Source of the DNA: Macrostomum lignano
Taxonomy: Eukaryota
Assembly: GCA_002269645.1 (NCBI GenBank)
Contig: NIVC01000608.1
Location: forward strand, 1-64,000
DNA: 64,000 nt
Direction: 5' to 3'
Of the stretch, positions 1 to 26,999 are shown piece after piece (the first letter of the stretch is position 1; each line of letters begins with the position of its first letter). Made by a program: the position numbers and the translations under genes. The notes under the pieces are model-generated. The model had not been told where the DNA came from. It saw only the letters and a program-made list of their open reading frames with translations, and did no database searches.

Positions 1-2712
1 ATTGAATAGATTAACAATCATTGACTAGATTAGCAATCCATAGAATAGATTACAATCCATTGAATAGATAATCCATTGACTAGATTAGCTATCCATAGAA
101 TAGATTAGCAATCCATTGACTAGAATTAGAATATTAGCATCCATTGAATAGATTACAATCCATTGATAGATTAGCAATCATAGAATGATTAGCAATCTTG
201 AATAGATTAACAATCCATTGACTAGATTAGCTATCCATTGAATAGATTAACAATCCATTGACTAGATTAGCAATCCATTGAATAGATTAACAATATTCAC
301 TAGATTAGCTACCATTTGAATAGATTAGCATCCATTAATAGATTAACAATCCATTGACTAGATTAGCAATCCATACGCTAGGTTAGCAATCCATAGATAG
401 ATTAGCAATCCATACACTATATTATCACCATAGACTAGATTAGAATCCATAGACTAGATTAGCTATCCATAAACTAGATTAGCAATCCATAGACTAGATT
501 AGCAATCCATAGACTAGATTAGCTATCCATAAAACTAGATAGCAATCAATAGACTAGATTAGCTATCTATAGACTAGATTAGCTATCTATAGACTAGATT
601 AGCTATCTATAGACTAGATTAGCTATCTATAGACTAGATTACCATGTAGCAATCTATAGACTAGATTACGGTAGCAATCTTTAGACTAGATTACCGTAGC
701 AATCTATAGACTAGATTACCGGTAGCAATCTATAGACTAGATTACCGGTAGCAATCTTTAGACTAGATTACGGTAGCAATCTATAGACTAGATTAGCTAT
801 CTATAGACTAGATTACCGGTAGCAATCTATAGACTAGATTACCGGTAGCAATCTATAGACTAGATTACCGGTAGCAATCTATAGACTAGATTACCGGTAG
901 CAATCTATAGACTGATTACGTAGCAATCTTTAGACTAGATTACGCGGTAGCAATCTATAGACTAGATTACGGTAGCAATCTTTAGACTAGATTACGGTAG
1001 CAATCTATAGACTAGATTACGGTAGCAATCTACAGACTAGATTACCGGTAGCAATCTATAGACTAGATTACCGGTAGCAATCTATAGACTAGATTACGGT
1101 AGCAATCTTTAGACTAGATTACGGTAGCAATCTATAGACTAGATTACCGGTTAGCAATCTTTAGACTAGATTACCGGTAGCAATCTTTAGACTAGATTAC
1201 TGGTAGCAATCTTTAGACTAGATTACCGGTAGCAATCTATAGACTAGATTACCGGTAGCAATCTATAGACTAGATTACGGTAGCAATCTATAGACTAGAT
1301 TACCGGTAGCAATCTATAGACTAGATTACCGGTAGCAATTTATAGACTAGATTACCGGTAGCAATCTATAGACTAGATTACCGGTAGCAATCTATAGACT
1401 AGATTACCGGTAGCAATCTACAGACTAGATTACCGGTAGCAATCTATAGACTAGATTACCGGTAGCAATCTTTAGACTAGATTACCGGTAGCAATCTATA
1501 GACTAGATTACCGGTAGCAATCTATAGACTAGATTACGTAGCAATCTATAGACTAGATTACCGGTAGCAATCTATAGACTAGATTACCGGTAGCAATCTA
1601 TAGACTAGATTACCGGTAGCAATCTATAGACTAGATTACGGTAGCAATCTATAGACTAGATTACCGTAGCAATCTATAGACTAGATTACGTAGCAATCTA
1701 TAGACTAGATTACCGGTAGCAATCTATAGACTAGATTACCGGTAGCAATCTATAGACTAGATTACGGTAGCAATCTATAGACTAGATTACGAGCAATCTA
1801 TAGACTAGATTACCGGTAGCAATCTATAGACTAGATTACCGGTAGCAATCTTTAGACTAGATTACCGGTAGCAATCTATAGACTAGATTACGGTAGCAAT
1901 CTATAGACTAGATTACCGGTAGCAATCTATAGACTAGATTACCGGTAGCAATCTATAGACTAGATTACCGGTAGCAATCTATAGACTAGATTACGGTAGC
2001 AATCTATAGACTAGATTACCGGTAGCAATCTATAGACTAGATTACCGGTAGCAATCTATAGACTAGATTACCGGTAGCAATCTATAGACTAGATTACCGG
2101 TAGCAATCTATAGACTAGATTACCGGTAGCAATCTATAGACTAGATTACCGGTAGCAATCTATAGACTAGATTACCGGTAGCAATCTATAGACTAGATTA
2201 CCGGTAGCAATCTATAGACTAGATTACCGGTAGCAATCTATAGACTAGATTACCGGTAGCAATCTATAGACTAGATTACCGGTAGCAATCTATAGACTAG
2301 ATTACCGGTAGCAATCTTAGACTAGATTACCGGTAGCAATCTATAGACTAGATTACCGGTAGCAATCTATAGACTAGATTACGGTAGCAATCTATAGACT
2401 AGATTACCGGTAGCAATCTATAGACTAGATTACCGGTAGCAATCTATAGACTAGATTACCGGTAGCAATCTATAGACTAGATTACCGGTAGCAATCTATA
2501 GACTAGATTACCGGTAGCAATCTATAGACTAGATTACCGGTAGCAATCTATAGACTAGATTACCGGTAGCAATCTATAGACTAGATTACCGGTAGCAATC
2601 TATAGACTAGATTACCGGTAGCAATCTATAGACTAGATTACCGGTAGCAATCTATAGACTAGATTACCGGTAGCAATTATAGACTAGATTACCGGTAGCA
2701 ATCTATAGACTA
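1..2712. repeat. Satellite: 20-bp unit grading into 26-bp unit TAGATTACCGGTAGCAATCTATAGAC
   Basis: Tandem units read directly; many indels before about 2000. Confidence 0.97.
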
Positions 2713-3278
2713 GGTTAGTAAAGGATTTTACTTTCCAGGCGGATGCAACACAGTTACCTATCAGAAAAGCACGCGTTAACACCCGCTTGTCCCCTCAACT
2801 CGGACAAGAAGCTCTCTGTAAATCATAAATCTCAATGACCTTGTACTGTACCCGAACAGTTTTGTTTCCAATGGGAAGGAAGCTTGAAAGCGGCAAAAGC
2901 GATTTCCAGGGCCAGCAGTTGGAAAAACCGGCATGAGGGTGCATAAATCAGAGCGGAGCGAGACTGGGGCAAGGTCCAGCATCTTTTTAGAATTTTTTGA
3001 AGAATTTTAGCGGCATCCTTTGTTAAACTGGAGCTGTAGCAAGATCCAGAACTGGAGCAGCAACTCATCGACAACTCACCAGCCATTTTCAGTTTCGCGC
3101 ACAAAAGGCTACAAATAAACAAACTACTAATAAAAAGAGTCCTACGTATACAAGTAAACAAGAAACTAAAAATAGAAAAAAAGCTACAAATTAATAAAAG
3201 CCTTCAATAAACAAAGAACTAGAAATAGACAAAAAACAAATAAACTACAAATAAACAAAACCTACAAACAACTACAAA

Positions 3279-4475
3279 TAAAAATAAATCAAAGCACAAA
3301 ACTGAAAAAAATACGGAAAAATTATTCAAGCATAAGCCAGATTACAAATCCATAGACTAAATTAGCAATCCATATAGAATAGATTAGCAATCCATATAGA
3401 ATCGATTAGCAATCCATATAGAATCGATTAGCAATCCATATAGAATAGATTAGCAATCCATATAGAATAGATTAGCAATCCATATAGAATAGATTAGCAA
3501 TCCATATAGAATAGATTAGCAATCCATATAGAATAGATTAGCAATCCATATAGAATAGATTAGCAATCCATATAGAATAGATTAGCAATCCATATAGAAT
3601 AGATTAGCAATCCATATAGAATAGATTAGCAATCTATATAGAATAGATTAGCAATCCATATAGAATAGATTAGCAATCCATATAGAATAGATTAGCAATC
3701 CAAATAGAATAGATTAGCAATCCATATAGAATAGATTAGCAATCCATATAGAATAGATTAGCAATCCATATAGAATAGATTAGCAATCCATATAGAATAG
3801 ATTAGCAATCCATATAGAATAGATTAGCAATCCATATAGAATAGATTAGCAATCCATATAGAATATATTAGCAATCCATATAGAATAGATTAGCAATCCA
3901 TATAGAATAGATTAGCAATCCATATAGAATAGATTAGCAATCCATATAGAATAGATTAGCAATCCATATAGAATAGATTAGCAATCCATATAGAATAGAT
4001 TAGCAATCCATATAGAATAGATTAACAATCTATATAGAATAGATTAGCAATCCATATAGAATAGATTAGCAATCCATATAGAATAGATTAGCAATCCATA
4101 TAGAATAGATTAGCAATCCATATAGAATGGATTAGCAATCCATATAGAATAGATTAGCAATCCATATAGAATGGATTAGCAATCCATATAGAATAGATTA
4201 GCAATCCATATAGAATAGATTAGCAATCCATATAGAATAGATTAGCAATCCATATAGAATAGATTAGAAATCCATATAGAACAGATTAGCAATCCATATA
4301 GAATAGATTAGCAATCCATATAGAATAGATTAGCAATCCATATAGACTAGATTAGCAATCCATATAGACTAGTTTAGAAATCCATATAGAATAGATTAGC
4401 AATCCATATAGAATAGATTAGCAATCCATATAGAATAGATTAGCAATCCAAATAGAATAGATTAGCTATCCATAT
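3279..4475. repeat. 22-bp satellite TAGATTAGCAATCCATATAGAA
   Basis: About 54 tandem units, same core as 1-2712. Confidence 0.97.
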
Positions 4476-4974
4476 TTTGCCGTTTGAATTAAGACCAAGT
4501 TTATAAAAAAACTGCTCAATTGAACCAAATTTATGGTAAATTTAGCAACAGGAGCTACAATTGAAGAAAGCCGCCTAAGTTGCCTTTCTTTTGAGTGCAA
4601 AACTGAACTACAGTAAACCTACGGTTGTCTGAAAATGCTGAGTTGAGGGGGGGTGAGTTGTCACTCCACGTCTTGCTTCTGGGCGTCGGACGGCAGTGGG
4701 AGAGTGGGATTGAAAGCGTGTCGAGCAGCTTAAGTTGAGAGGCTCTATAAGAAGCTTTCCGCGTAGGGATTCTGTGCTGTCGGGATTCTGTGCTTCATAG
4801 TTGTTCTTCAATTCATAGATATACTCAGTCTCACTCGCGTCTTGCTAAGAAGTTTTCTCACGCTTTTAAATGAAGACTTATCAAGACACGGCCTCACTCT
4901 GCTGTTCTGAATTTCACATTTCACAATATGAAATAGCAGTTGGGGTTGTGAAATCGGGGCAGTTGGGGTGCAAA

Positions 4975-5915
4975 GCTTGGGGTGTGAAGTTTGGGATTTG
5001 GAAGTTTAGGGATGTGAAATTTGGGGATGTGAAGTTTGGAGGTGTGAAGTTTGGAGGTGTGAAGTTTGAAGATGTGAATTTGGGGATGTGAAGTTTGAAG
5101 ATGTGAAGTTTGAGGATGTGAAGTTTGGGGTGTGAAGTTTGGGGGTGTGAAGTTTGGAGATTTGAAGTTTGAGTATGTGAAGTTCGGGGATGTGAAGTTT
5201 GGGGGATGTGAAGTTCGGGGATGTGAAGTTCGGGGATGTGAAGGTTGGGGATGTGAAGGTTGGGGATGTGAAGTTTGGGTTTGTGAAGTTTGGGGATGTG
5301 AAGTTCGGGGATGTGAAGTTTGGAGGTGTGAATTTTGAGGATGTGAAGTTTGTGGCATGAAGTTCGGGGATGTGAAGGTTGGGGATGTGAAGTTCGGGGA
5401 TGTGAAGGTTGGGGATGTGAAGTTTGGGTTTGTGAAGTTTGGGGGATGTGAAGTTCAGGGATGTGAAGTTTGGAGGTGTGAAGTTGGAGTATGTGAAGTT
5501 TGTGGCATGAAGTTCGGGGATGTGAAGTTCGGGGATGTGAAGGTTGGGGATGTGAAGTTTGGGTTTGTGAAGTTTGGGGGATGTGAAGTTCGGGGATGTG
5601 AAGTTTGGAGGTGTGAATTTTGAGGATGTGAAGTTTGTGGTATGAAGTTCGGGGATGTGAAGGTTGGGGATGTGAAGTTCGGGGATGTGAAGGTTTGGGA
5701 TGTGAAGTTTGGGTTTGTGAAGTTTGGGGGATGTGAAGTTCGGGGATGTGAAGTTTGGAGGTGTGAAGTTTGAGGATGTGAAGTTTGTGGCATGAAGTTC
5801 GGGGATGTGAAGTTCGGGGATGTGAAGGTTGGGGATGTGAAGTTTGGGTTTGTGAAGTTTGGGGTGTGAAGTTTGGGGTGTGAAGTTTGGGGATGTGAAT
5901 TTTAGGGATGTAAAG
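4975..5915. repeat. 15-bp G-rich minisatellite GGGGATGTGAAGTTT/C
   Basis: Degenerate tandem units. Confidence 0.95.
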
Positions 5916-6379
5916 CTTGATTGATACTAAGTCGTGAACGTGAGGGATAGGGCGTGGGCGTGAAAGGTTCCCATTTTCACGCAGGCTGCCCGCCCTCTGG
6001 TCTGCTTGTTTCTGGCCGACGGAGTAAGCGAGTGAGGTGCAAGCAATATTTCATTGATTGGCCATTCGGAACAATTCTTATCTGGCCTGATATGGGCGGC
6101 CAGCTTCAAAGCTGTTTTGGTCGTAAATTCTGTAATGTGTGACAAAGTGTTGGGGTCACGAAGGCAGTTTGACCTCCTCCTTTGCGTGTGGCAATATATC
6201 CAAGCACTGGGGATTTGGTTTCAGAGCGATAGTATCTGTATTAGTAGTGTCTTACGGTTTTTAAATAAGTGCCAGATATGACTAAATAAAGTGTCAGATA
6301 GCGCCGCAATAAGTGTCAGATAGTGCTGACATAGATGTCAGATGCAAGGACTACCTAAGTAGATGGACTGGAAACCTCA

Positions 6380-6885
6380 TTTCTTGGAAAACTTTTGAAG
6401 GCAGGTTTTTCCAAAGAAATACACTACGGAGATAGGAAGTTTTCATTTTTCAGCACAAAAAATGTTATTGCTTTCGATAGGAGGCAGACCAAATGTTCAT
6501 CTTTTGATAAGTTGTGCCTTTGTTATAGCTCTATTGATATTCATAAAGCTTTTGTTTAAAAAATTAGGATTATATGTTAGCTTTTTATTCTACGTACATT
6601 CCCTGTACCTAAAAATCATAAAAATGCTATATTAATGATTTTTATAGGCACAGGACATGCAAATGTACGTAGAAAAAAATAACATAGAATCCTAATTTTC
6701 TGAACGAAAAGTTTTTGAAAATATCAATATAGCTATTAGAAAGGCAAAATATATTCAAAGATGAACACTGGGGTCTGCCTCCTATCAAAAGCAATAACAG
6801 TTTTTGTGCTGAAAAAATTAAACTTCCAATCTCCGTAGTGCATTTTTCTGCGAAAACCAGCCTTTTAAATATTTTCTAAGAAACG
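6380..6885. mobile_element. Foldback/MITE-like imperfect palindrome, about 0.5 kb
   Basis: Left CACTACGGAGATAGGAAG...TCAGCACAAAAAATGTTATTGCTTTCGATAGGAGGCAGACC pairs with right GGTCTGCCTCCTATCAAAAGCAATAACAGTTTTTGTGCTGA...CTTCCAATCTCCGTAGTG. Inner arms TTCTACGTACATT/AATGTACGTAGAA and AAAAATCAT/ATGATTTTT. Confidence 0.75.
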
Positions 6886-6904
6886 TCCTTCTACTCGAGT
6901 TGTC

Positions 6905-7157
6905 GGATGGATTGAAGTAGATGTCAGATGGTTCTGAAGTAGATGTCAGATGGTTCTGAAGTAGATGTCAGATGGTTCTGAAGTAGATGTCAGATGGTTC
7001 TGAAGTAGATGTCAGATGGTTCTGAAGTAGGTGTCAGATGGTACTGAAGTAGATGTCAGATGGTTCTGAAGTAGATGTCAGATGGTTCTGAAGTAGGTGT
7101 CAGATGGTACTGAAGTAGGTGTCAGATGGTACTGAAGTAGATGTCAGATGGTGCTGA
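6905..7157. repeat. 22-bp minisatellite GTAGATGTCAGATGGTTCTGAA
   Basis: About 11 units; decayed relatives at about 6280-6350. Confidence 0.93.
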
Positions 7158-7332
7158 AATAAATTTCAGCGCTAGAGTAGGTGTCAGGAGTGTACAAGCT
7201 TAGATTTCTGGATAGCAGCTTGGTACGACCTAAAGTAAATTCAAATCCTTCCCTTGCTACTGTTGAGTAGGCTATCACCGTTATCCGCAAATTATCCCCC
7301 AGCCTCCGCCGCCCACCGCCCCCGTCAGCAGG

Positions 7333-19960
<12,628 letters not shown>

Positions 19961-20124
19961 TTGCTTCAATCTCTATTGAGGCTTGTTAACAAGTCTTTGT
20001 CTGGGCAATCAAATACGCTAACTTCTGGTTATTTTTATACGGACCTTTAAATTGGTGAATGAGTTCTCAAGAACTGGTGAATCAGTTCACAAGTGTTAGA
20101 GTCAGAGAATCATTTCAAAATAGT

Positions 20125-20445
20125 TGGTGAATGAGTGCACAACAGCGGGTGAGTGAGTTCACGACAGAGGGTGGGTGAGTTAACGACAGTGGGTGGGTGA
20201 GTTCACGACAGTGGGTGAATGAACTCGCGATAGTGGGTGAATGAGTGCATGACAGTGGGTGAGTGAGTTCACGACAGTGGGTGAGTGAGCTCACGACAGT
20301 GGGTGAATGAGTGCACGACAGTGGGTGAATGAGTGCACGACAGTGGGTGAGTGAGTGCACGACAGTGGGTGAATGAGTGCACGACAGTGGGTGAATGAGT
20401 GCACGACAGTGGGTGAATGAGTGCACGACAGTGGGTGAATGAATG
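20125..20445. repeat. 22-bp minisatellite GAGTGCACGACAGTGGGTGAAT
   Basis: Downstream of the PKG stop (probable 3' UTR; AATAAA at 20805). Confidence 0.92.
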
Positions 20446-20892
20446 CACTTTCCATGCGCACATTCGGACAAGTGATTTTTCGACAGCCGAAATCAATTTA
20501 ACTAACTTCTTGAAACAGCCAACCATTCATTGGATAAATTTTGTTTCTTGTCAGAGTTGCGATTGCGTATTTTTGCGGCCTGAGACGAATTCTATTACTA
20601 AGAAGTAGTCAATTACCCATCTACACTGCTGTAAATACTCTAGTAAAATAATTTGATATTCATCTTTAGTTTCTAAGTGTCATTTAAATTTAAATTTTAG
20701 CTTATCTTTCTTTTCAATACATTTGCATTGTTGTAGGGGTTAATCAAGTTTAATGGAAAATTAAATAATCTGCTAAAATTAACAGACGAGCTGATCTAGT
20801 ATATAATAAACAAGCGCAGCAACATTTAAATCGTCTTCTAAGTACAAAAAAACTTTTCTAGGAATAATAATAAATGTTCTCTTTTCCGTGCT

Positions 20893-21532
20893 CTTCCCTC
20901 TCTGATATCCTCTCACTGATCTCCCCTCTCTGATCTCCCCTCTCTGATCTCCCCTCTCTGATCTCCCCTCTTTGATCTCCCCTCTCTGATCTACCCTCTC
21001 TGATCTCCCCTCTCTGATCTACCCTCTCTGATCTCCCCTCTCTGATCTACCCTCTCTGATCTACCCTCTCTGATCTACCCTCTCTGATCTCCCCTCTTTG
21101 ATCTCCCCTCTCTGATCTCCCCTCTCTGATCTCCCCTCTCTGATCTACCCTCTCTGATCTACCCTCTCTGATCTACCCTCTCTGATCTACCCTCTCTGAT
21201 CTACCCTCTCTGATCTACCCTCTCTGATCTCCCCTCTCTGATCTCCCCTCTCTGATCTACCCTCTCTGATCTACCCTCTTTGATCTCCCCTTTCTGATCT
21301 CCCCTCTCTGATCTACCCTCTCTGATCTTCCCTCTCTGATCTCCCCTCTTTGATCTCCCCTTTCTGATCTCCCCTCTCTGATCTCCCCTCTCTGATCTAC
21401 CCTCTTTGATCTCCCCTTTCTGATCTCCCCTCTCTGATCTCCCCTCTCTGATCTACCCTCTCTGATCTCCCCTCTTTGATCTCCCCTCTCTGATCCCCCC
21501 TCTCTGATCTCCCCTCTCTAATCTCCCCTCTC
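20893..21532. repeat. 15-bp minisatellite CTCTCTGATCT(C/A)CCC
   Basis: About 42 units. Confidence 0.95.
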
Positions 21533-22730
21533 TTTATAATCATAACTACTATAACTGCTACGCAAACGGAATATCATGTGATCAGAAGGTTCACAAAATT
21601 GAGAATTTTTTCTATGGCCTGCGATGCAGGCCACCCGGTCACAATTGAGAGGACTTGTTTTCAATTCGTCAGGAAGAGGTTAAGACTTCTTTGCGATTGG
21701 CTGCAATTGACAGCTTAATCTAAAAGTTTGAGCTAAACGAGTTTACAAGCTCATCAAACTTTGAGCCCTGTGATCCCAATTCCGAAAAACAGGGAAACTC
21801 AATCTTAATGGCAGACCAAGGGCTTGGCTAAAAACGGAACTATGGGTTCGTATCTAAGCAATCAAAAACTCTTCGATCAATTGCAATCCAATATAAAAGT
21901 TGTACAAAAAAGTGTCAAAAAGTACTTTTCGCTTCAAGCGAAGCACTTTACAGATTGATTCTGAGCCCTCGCACAAGGGTCTATGGGTCTATCTACAAAC
22001 TGTCTCCCACTGGCTCCGGGCGGGTCCTGTGTCTCAGTCTGTTTGACGAGGACGGCACGGACCGATCCGGACCCATTGCAGATCATTTCTTCTTGAGTGC
22101 AGTTCTCTTCGGTCTGTTTGTCTCCCTTTCTGTCCTGGGCAGGCAGAGATCTCGCAGACTCCAGCTACTGTTAACGAACTCTGCTATTGAATTGGGCGAA
22201 GAATTGTTGAGAAATCGAATACCTTCTCATTGGAATTCTGAGCTCTACTCCAACTATACTCGAGAACTGTACAAACAGATTGCCACCGGACATGCTCAAA
22301 TTTCTCCGGTGGACGGAACCAGAGATGAGAAAAGAAGTTTTTTAGGACCAAATCCATGCGCTTCGGTTTTTAAAGGTCCCTGTAAAGGTTGGAGTCCATG
22401 ATGCGCAAGAGAACGCAGCAGGAATTGTCAATATTCGGCAGGAATATGTGAGTTTGTGCGACACTTCAGTGGGCGCCTCGAATCCGAGGTTTGGAAGCAG
22501 CATTTGCAGCAAAATGCTCCCCAGCAACTGCGTATGACGCCGCAGTAGATTAAAGGCAACCGGAGTTTCCAATCAAGCAATTTTGCCCGCCAGCAACTCG
22601 CCCTCTGCTGTTTCTCGCCTGCCTAAATTGACAGGGACTGCCATCTGCCGATGAGGGCCTCAGGACACCCAGCTGATTGGTCCGCTGCCACCAATTACCG
22701 ACCCGGCCTCCAGTGAAACTGATGGAGAAG

Positions 22731-24491
<1,761 letters not shown>

Positions 24492-25549
24492 CCGCAGGAA
24501 TTGATGGCTATATCTTGGTATTATTTGCCATATTATTTTCTCCCGGTCATAATAACGTGCTAAGGAACGTCAACTTCGATCTGAGCTGAGGAGTCCAAGT
24601 GCCAGCAAGGGCAGGCCGTTGAATTCCCTTCGGGATCCTCAATGATGCCAGAGATGCGAGCCGCTGTGGAATATTATTGCTCAAGGCGGGGTTAATTCCG
24701 TCTGACAACCGGGTGAGAGGCGGGTGGGAGGTGCTGCTCAGAATTGACTCAACCGTTTCAACCATTGGACAGCCTTCAAGCCGCGGAGGAAATGGAAAGT
24801 TTTCTTAGAAATTTCATCCCGATTGGATGCCGAGGATTCCATGATAAAAAATGGGGAAAAGACCGGTCTAGGGAGAACAACAGGCCACAGAAAGTCATTG
24901 ATAAACCTTCTGAAGGTTGTTCGGAAATCTTTTCAAAGCTTGACGACAATATTTTTGTTACGCAGAGAGTCACTTTCAGTCAGGTAAGTGTATCAATACT
25001 CTGCAATGTTTTGCTATTGCTGAACTGCAGTGACACTGGTGGGGACTGTAGCGGACTCCCATAAAGATGCCGGTGAATCGGTTAATGAAAACATTTCGGA
25101 AGGAAAGAATCTCTGTGACGGCGCTACCTGACCTGACGCAAAGGCGGGGGGGGAGACTCAAAGAAAGTAGCGATGTAGTGGCGGCCCCAGTTCGAGCTAA
25201 CTCTCGAGCTGCTAGCTTGTCAATCAGCCAGCCGCCCAGCAACTGGGTCGGTGAGAGTAGCCAATTTCCTGCACACCCCTTCATGTAACAGCGCTCGAAA
25301 TTCTCTTGTTGTGTTGATGTCGCTGGCGCCTTAATCCTGTGCAAATTATGGACAAGATTTGCCGGAGGCCTGTCTTCGCTGTGAAAAAATGAAGATGATT
25401 TGTTTTGAGTTTTTCTTGAACACTGTACGAGTAACTAACCTTTTTGACTTTCTCTCAAGCTCGACGTACCGTACGAGTGGTGTTTTACCATAGACAAAAC
25501 TCAGTGTAGAAAATAAGAAAAATCTAGTAGTTAATAATAATATCTACTA

Positions 25550-25705
25550 GGCAGATGTGCAACCGACAGCTCAGCTGGGTAAACTGAAGCAATGCAGATT
25601 TAAGTGTCTTGCTCAAGGACACAAATTGTTCCCGAGTGGGTCGAGAATCGAACTCCCGACCTTTCAGTCGTTAGTCCGACGCTCTAACCACTAGGCTACA
25701 GCCTC
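25550..25705 (-). mobile_element. tRNA-derived SINE (V-SINE-like body)
   Basis: On the minus strand: A box TAGCCTAGTGG, B box GAGTTCGATTC, then GTGTCCTTGAGCAAGACACTTAAATC...TTGC, resembling the V-SINE central domain. No paired acceptor stem. Confidence 0.7.
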
Positions 25706-26354
25706 TCTGGTAATAAACAAAGCACAGTGTCCTTGTACTTTAATTGTCCATGGTGCAAATGTCAGAGTTCTCCATGGCAGAAGCGAACAAGCATGCCAGC
25801 GGCCGCTCCAGATCCTCTGCCTAGCACTCCATGGTGGCATTCATTTATGTCCATCGTGCCGCATATTTTTCTCAAAGTCTCAAAGTTTCACTCGACATCT
25901 CGTGTGCCAAAAATTTCCTCCGTCTTCTCCGAGTCCGGCGAAGCATGAAAAAACATCAAAACAAGCGCACAGAAGAGTCTGAAATGACTGCTTAGTGTCG
26001 TGATGATGCATTCTGGAAATTTCCACGAATTCTTCTCCCCCCGGAGCCTTTTCGCTCCGTCTATTTAGGAAGATTTTGTGATCCCACTGAAATTCGAAAT
26101 TATTTATCCCACGAGACTCGAATGTCCTGGTTGGGGTGGTCGGCCTCTCCCAGGGAAACAGAGCGATGCCTCGTAGGAGAGCACGGGGAGAACTGCGCAG
26201 AGAAGCTGGCATTGAGAAATTGTAATCCCTTTGATGTTAATAAGCGCCGAAAATGCTAATCTCCTGAAAGGAATTAGGCCCGATAATCCGACGATAAGAT
26301 TTGATCAAACAGATAGCAGCGGGAGACCCGCGTGCGATGGGCATTCTCTTGGTT

Positions 26355-26552
26355 TCCGGTCCGCACTTCCGGGTCCGCACTTCCGGGTCCGCACTTCCGG
26401 GTCCGCACTTCCGGGTCCGCACTTCCGGGTCCGCACTTCCGGGTCCGCACTTCCGGGTACGCACTCCCGGGTCCGCACTTCCGGGTACGCACTCCCGGGT
26501 ACGCACTCCCGGGTCCGCACTTCCGGGTACGCACTTCCGGGTCCGCACTTTC
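26355..26552. repeat. 14-bp repeat CCGCACTTCCGGGT
   Basis: About 14 units, ending about 125 bp upstream of the TACR-like ATG. Confidence 0.93.
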
Positions 26553-26676
26553 TGGTTATTTCGCAGAGATATTGCGCAGGCGCGCAAATCCATGCGCAGA
26601 TTATCGCGCAACAATCGTACAATAACCACAGAGCTACGCTTTAACAACCCTTCCCTACATCCACCACAGAAACCAG

Positions 26677-26999
26677 ATGACGTCACCATTCAGTCCGGCC
26701 GCCAAGGCCTGCGTGTGGACCGCTTTCGCAGGCGTGATGTTTGCCTCCCTGTTGGGCAACTCGCTGGTGGTGTGGATCATCCTAGCACACAGCACGATGC
26801 GCAGCAGCACGAACATCTTCCTGCTCAGCCTGAGCCTGTCCGACCTGCTCTTCAACCTGCTGCAGGTGGTGCCCAACGTGGCCAACGCAGTGGGAAACGG
26901 CTGGAGCTTCGGCTATTATTACTGCGCCCTGTCCAACTTTATGACCACATTCTCCATATCGCTGTGCGTCTTCATCTTCATGGCCATTGCTATTGAAAG
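26677..26999 (+). CDS. TACR-like exon 1 (TM1-TM3)
   Basis: GNSLVVWIIL...MAIAIER; AG|GTGAT donor, phase 2. Confidence 0.92.

Noticed and set aside
4975-5915. G-rich arrays as telomeric repeats
   Set aside because: No TTAGGG-type short unit; they are 15-bp internal minisatellites
21955-22572. 148-aa and 76-aa ORFs in unique DNA
   Set aside because: TTG-initiated or short, no recognisable motif, no codon bias or convincing splice sites; possibly old TE debris
25630-25705. Possible tRNA gene on the minus strand
   Set aside because: A and B boxes are present but the acceptor stem does not pair and a SINE body follows; called as SINE
24547-26212. Several 65-122-aa ORFs
   Set aside because: Overlapping on both strands with no motifs or GC3 bias
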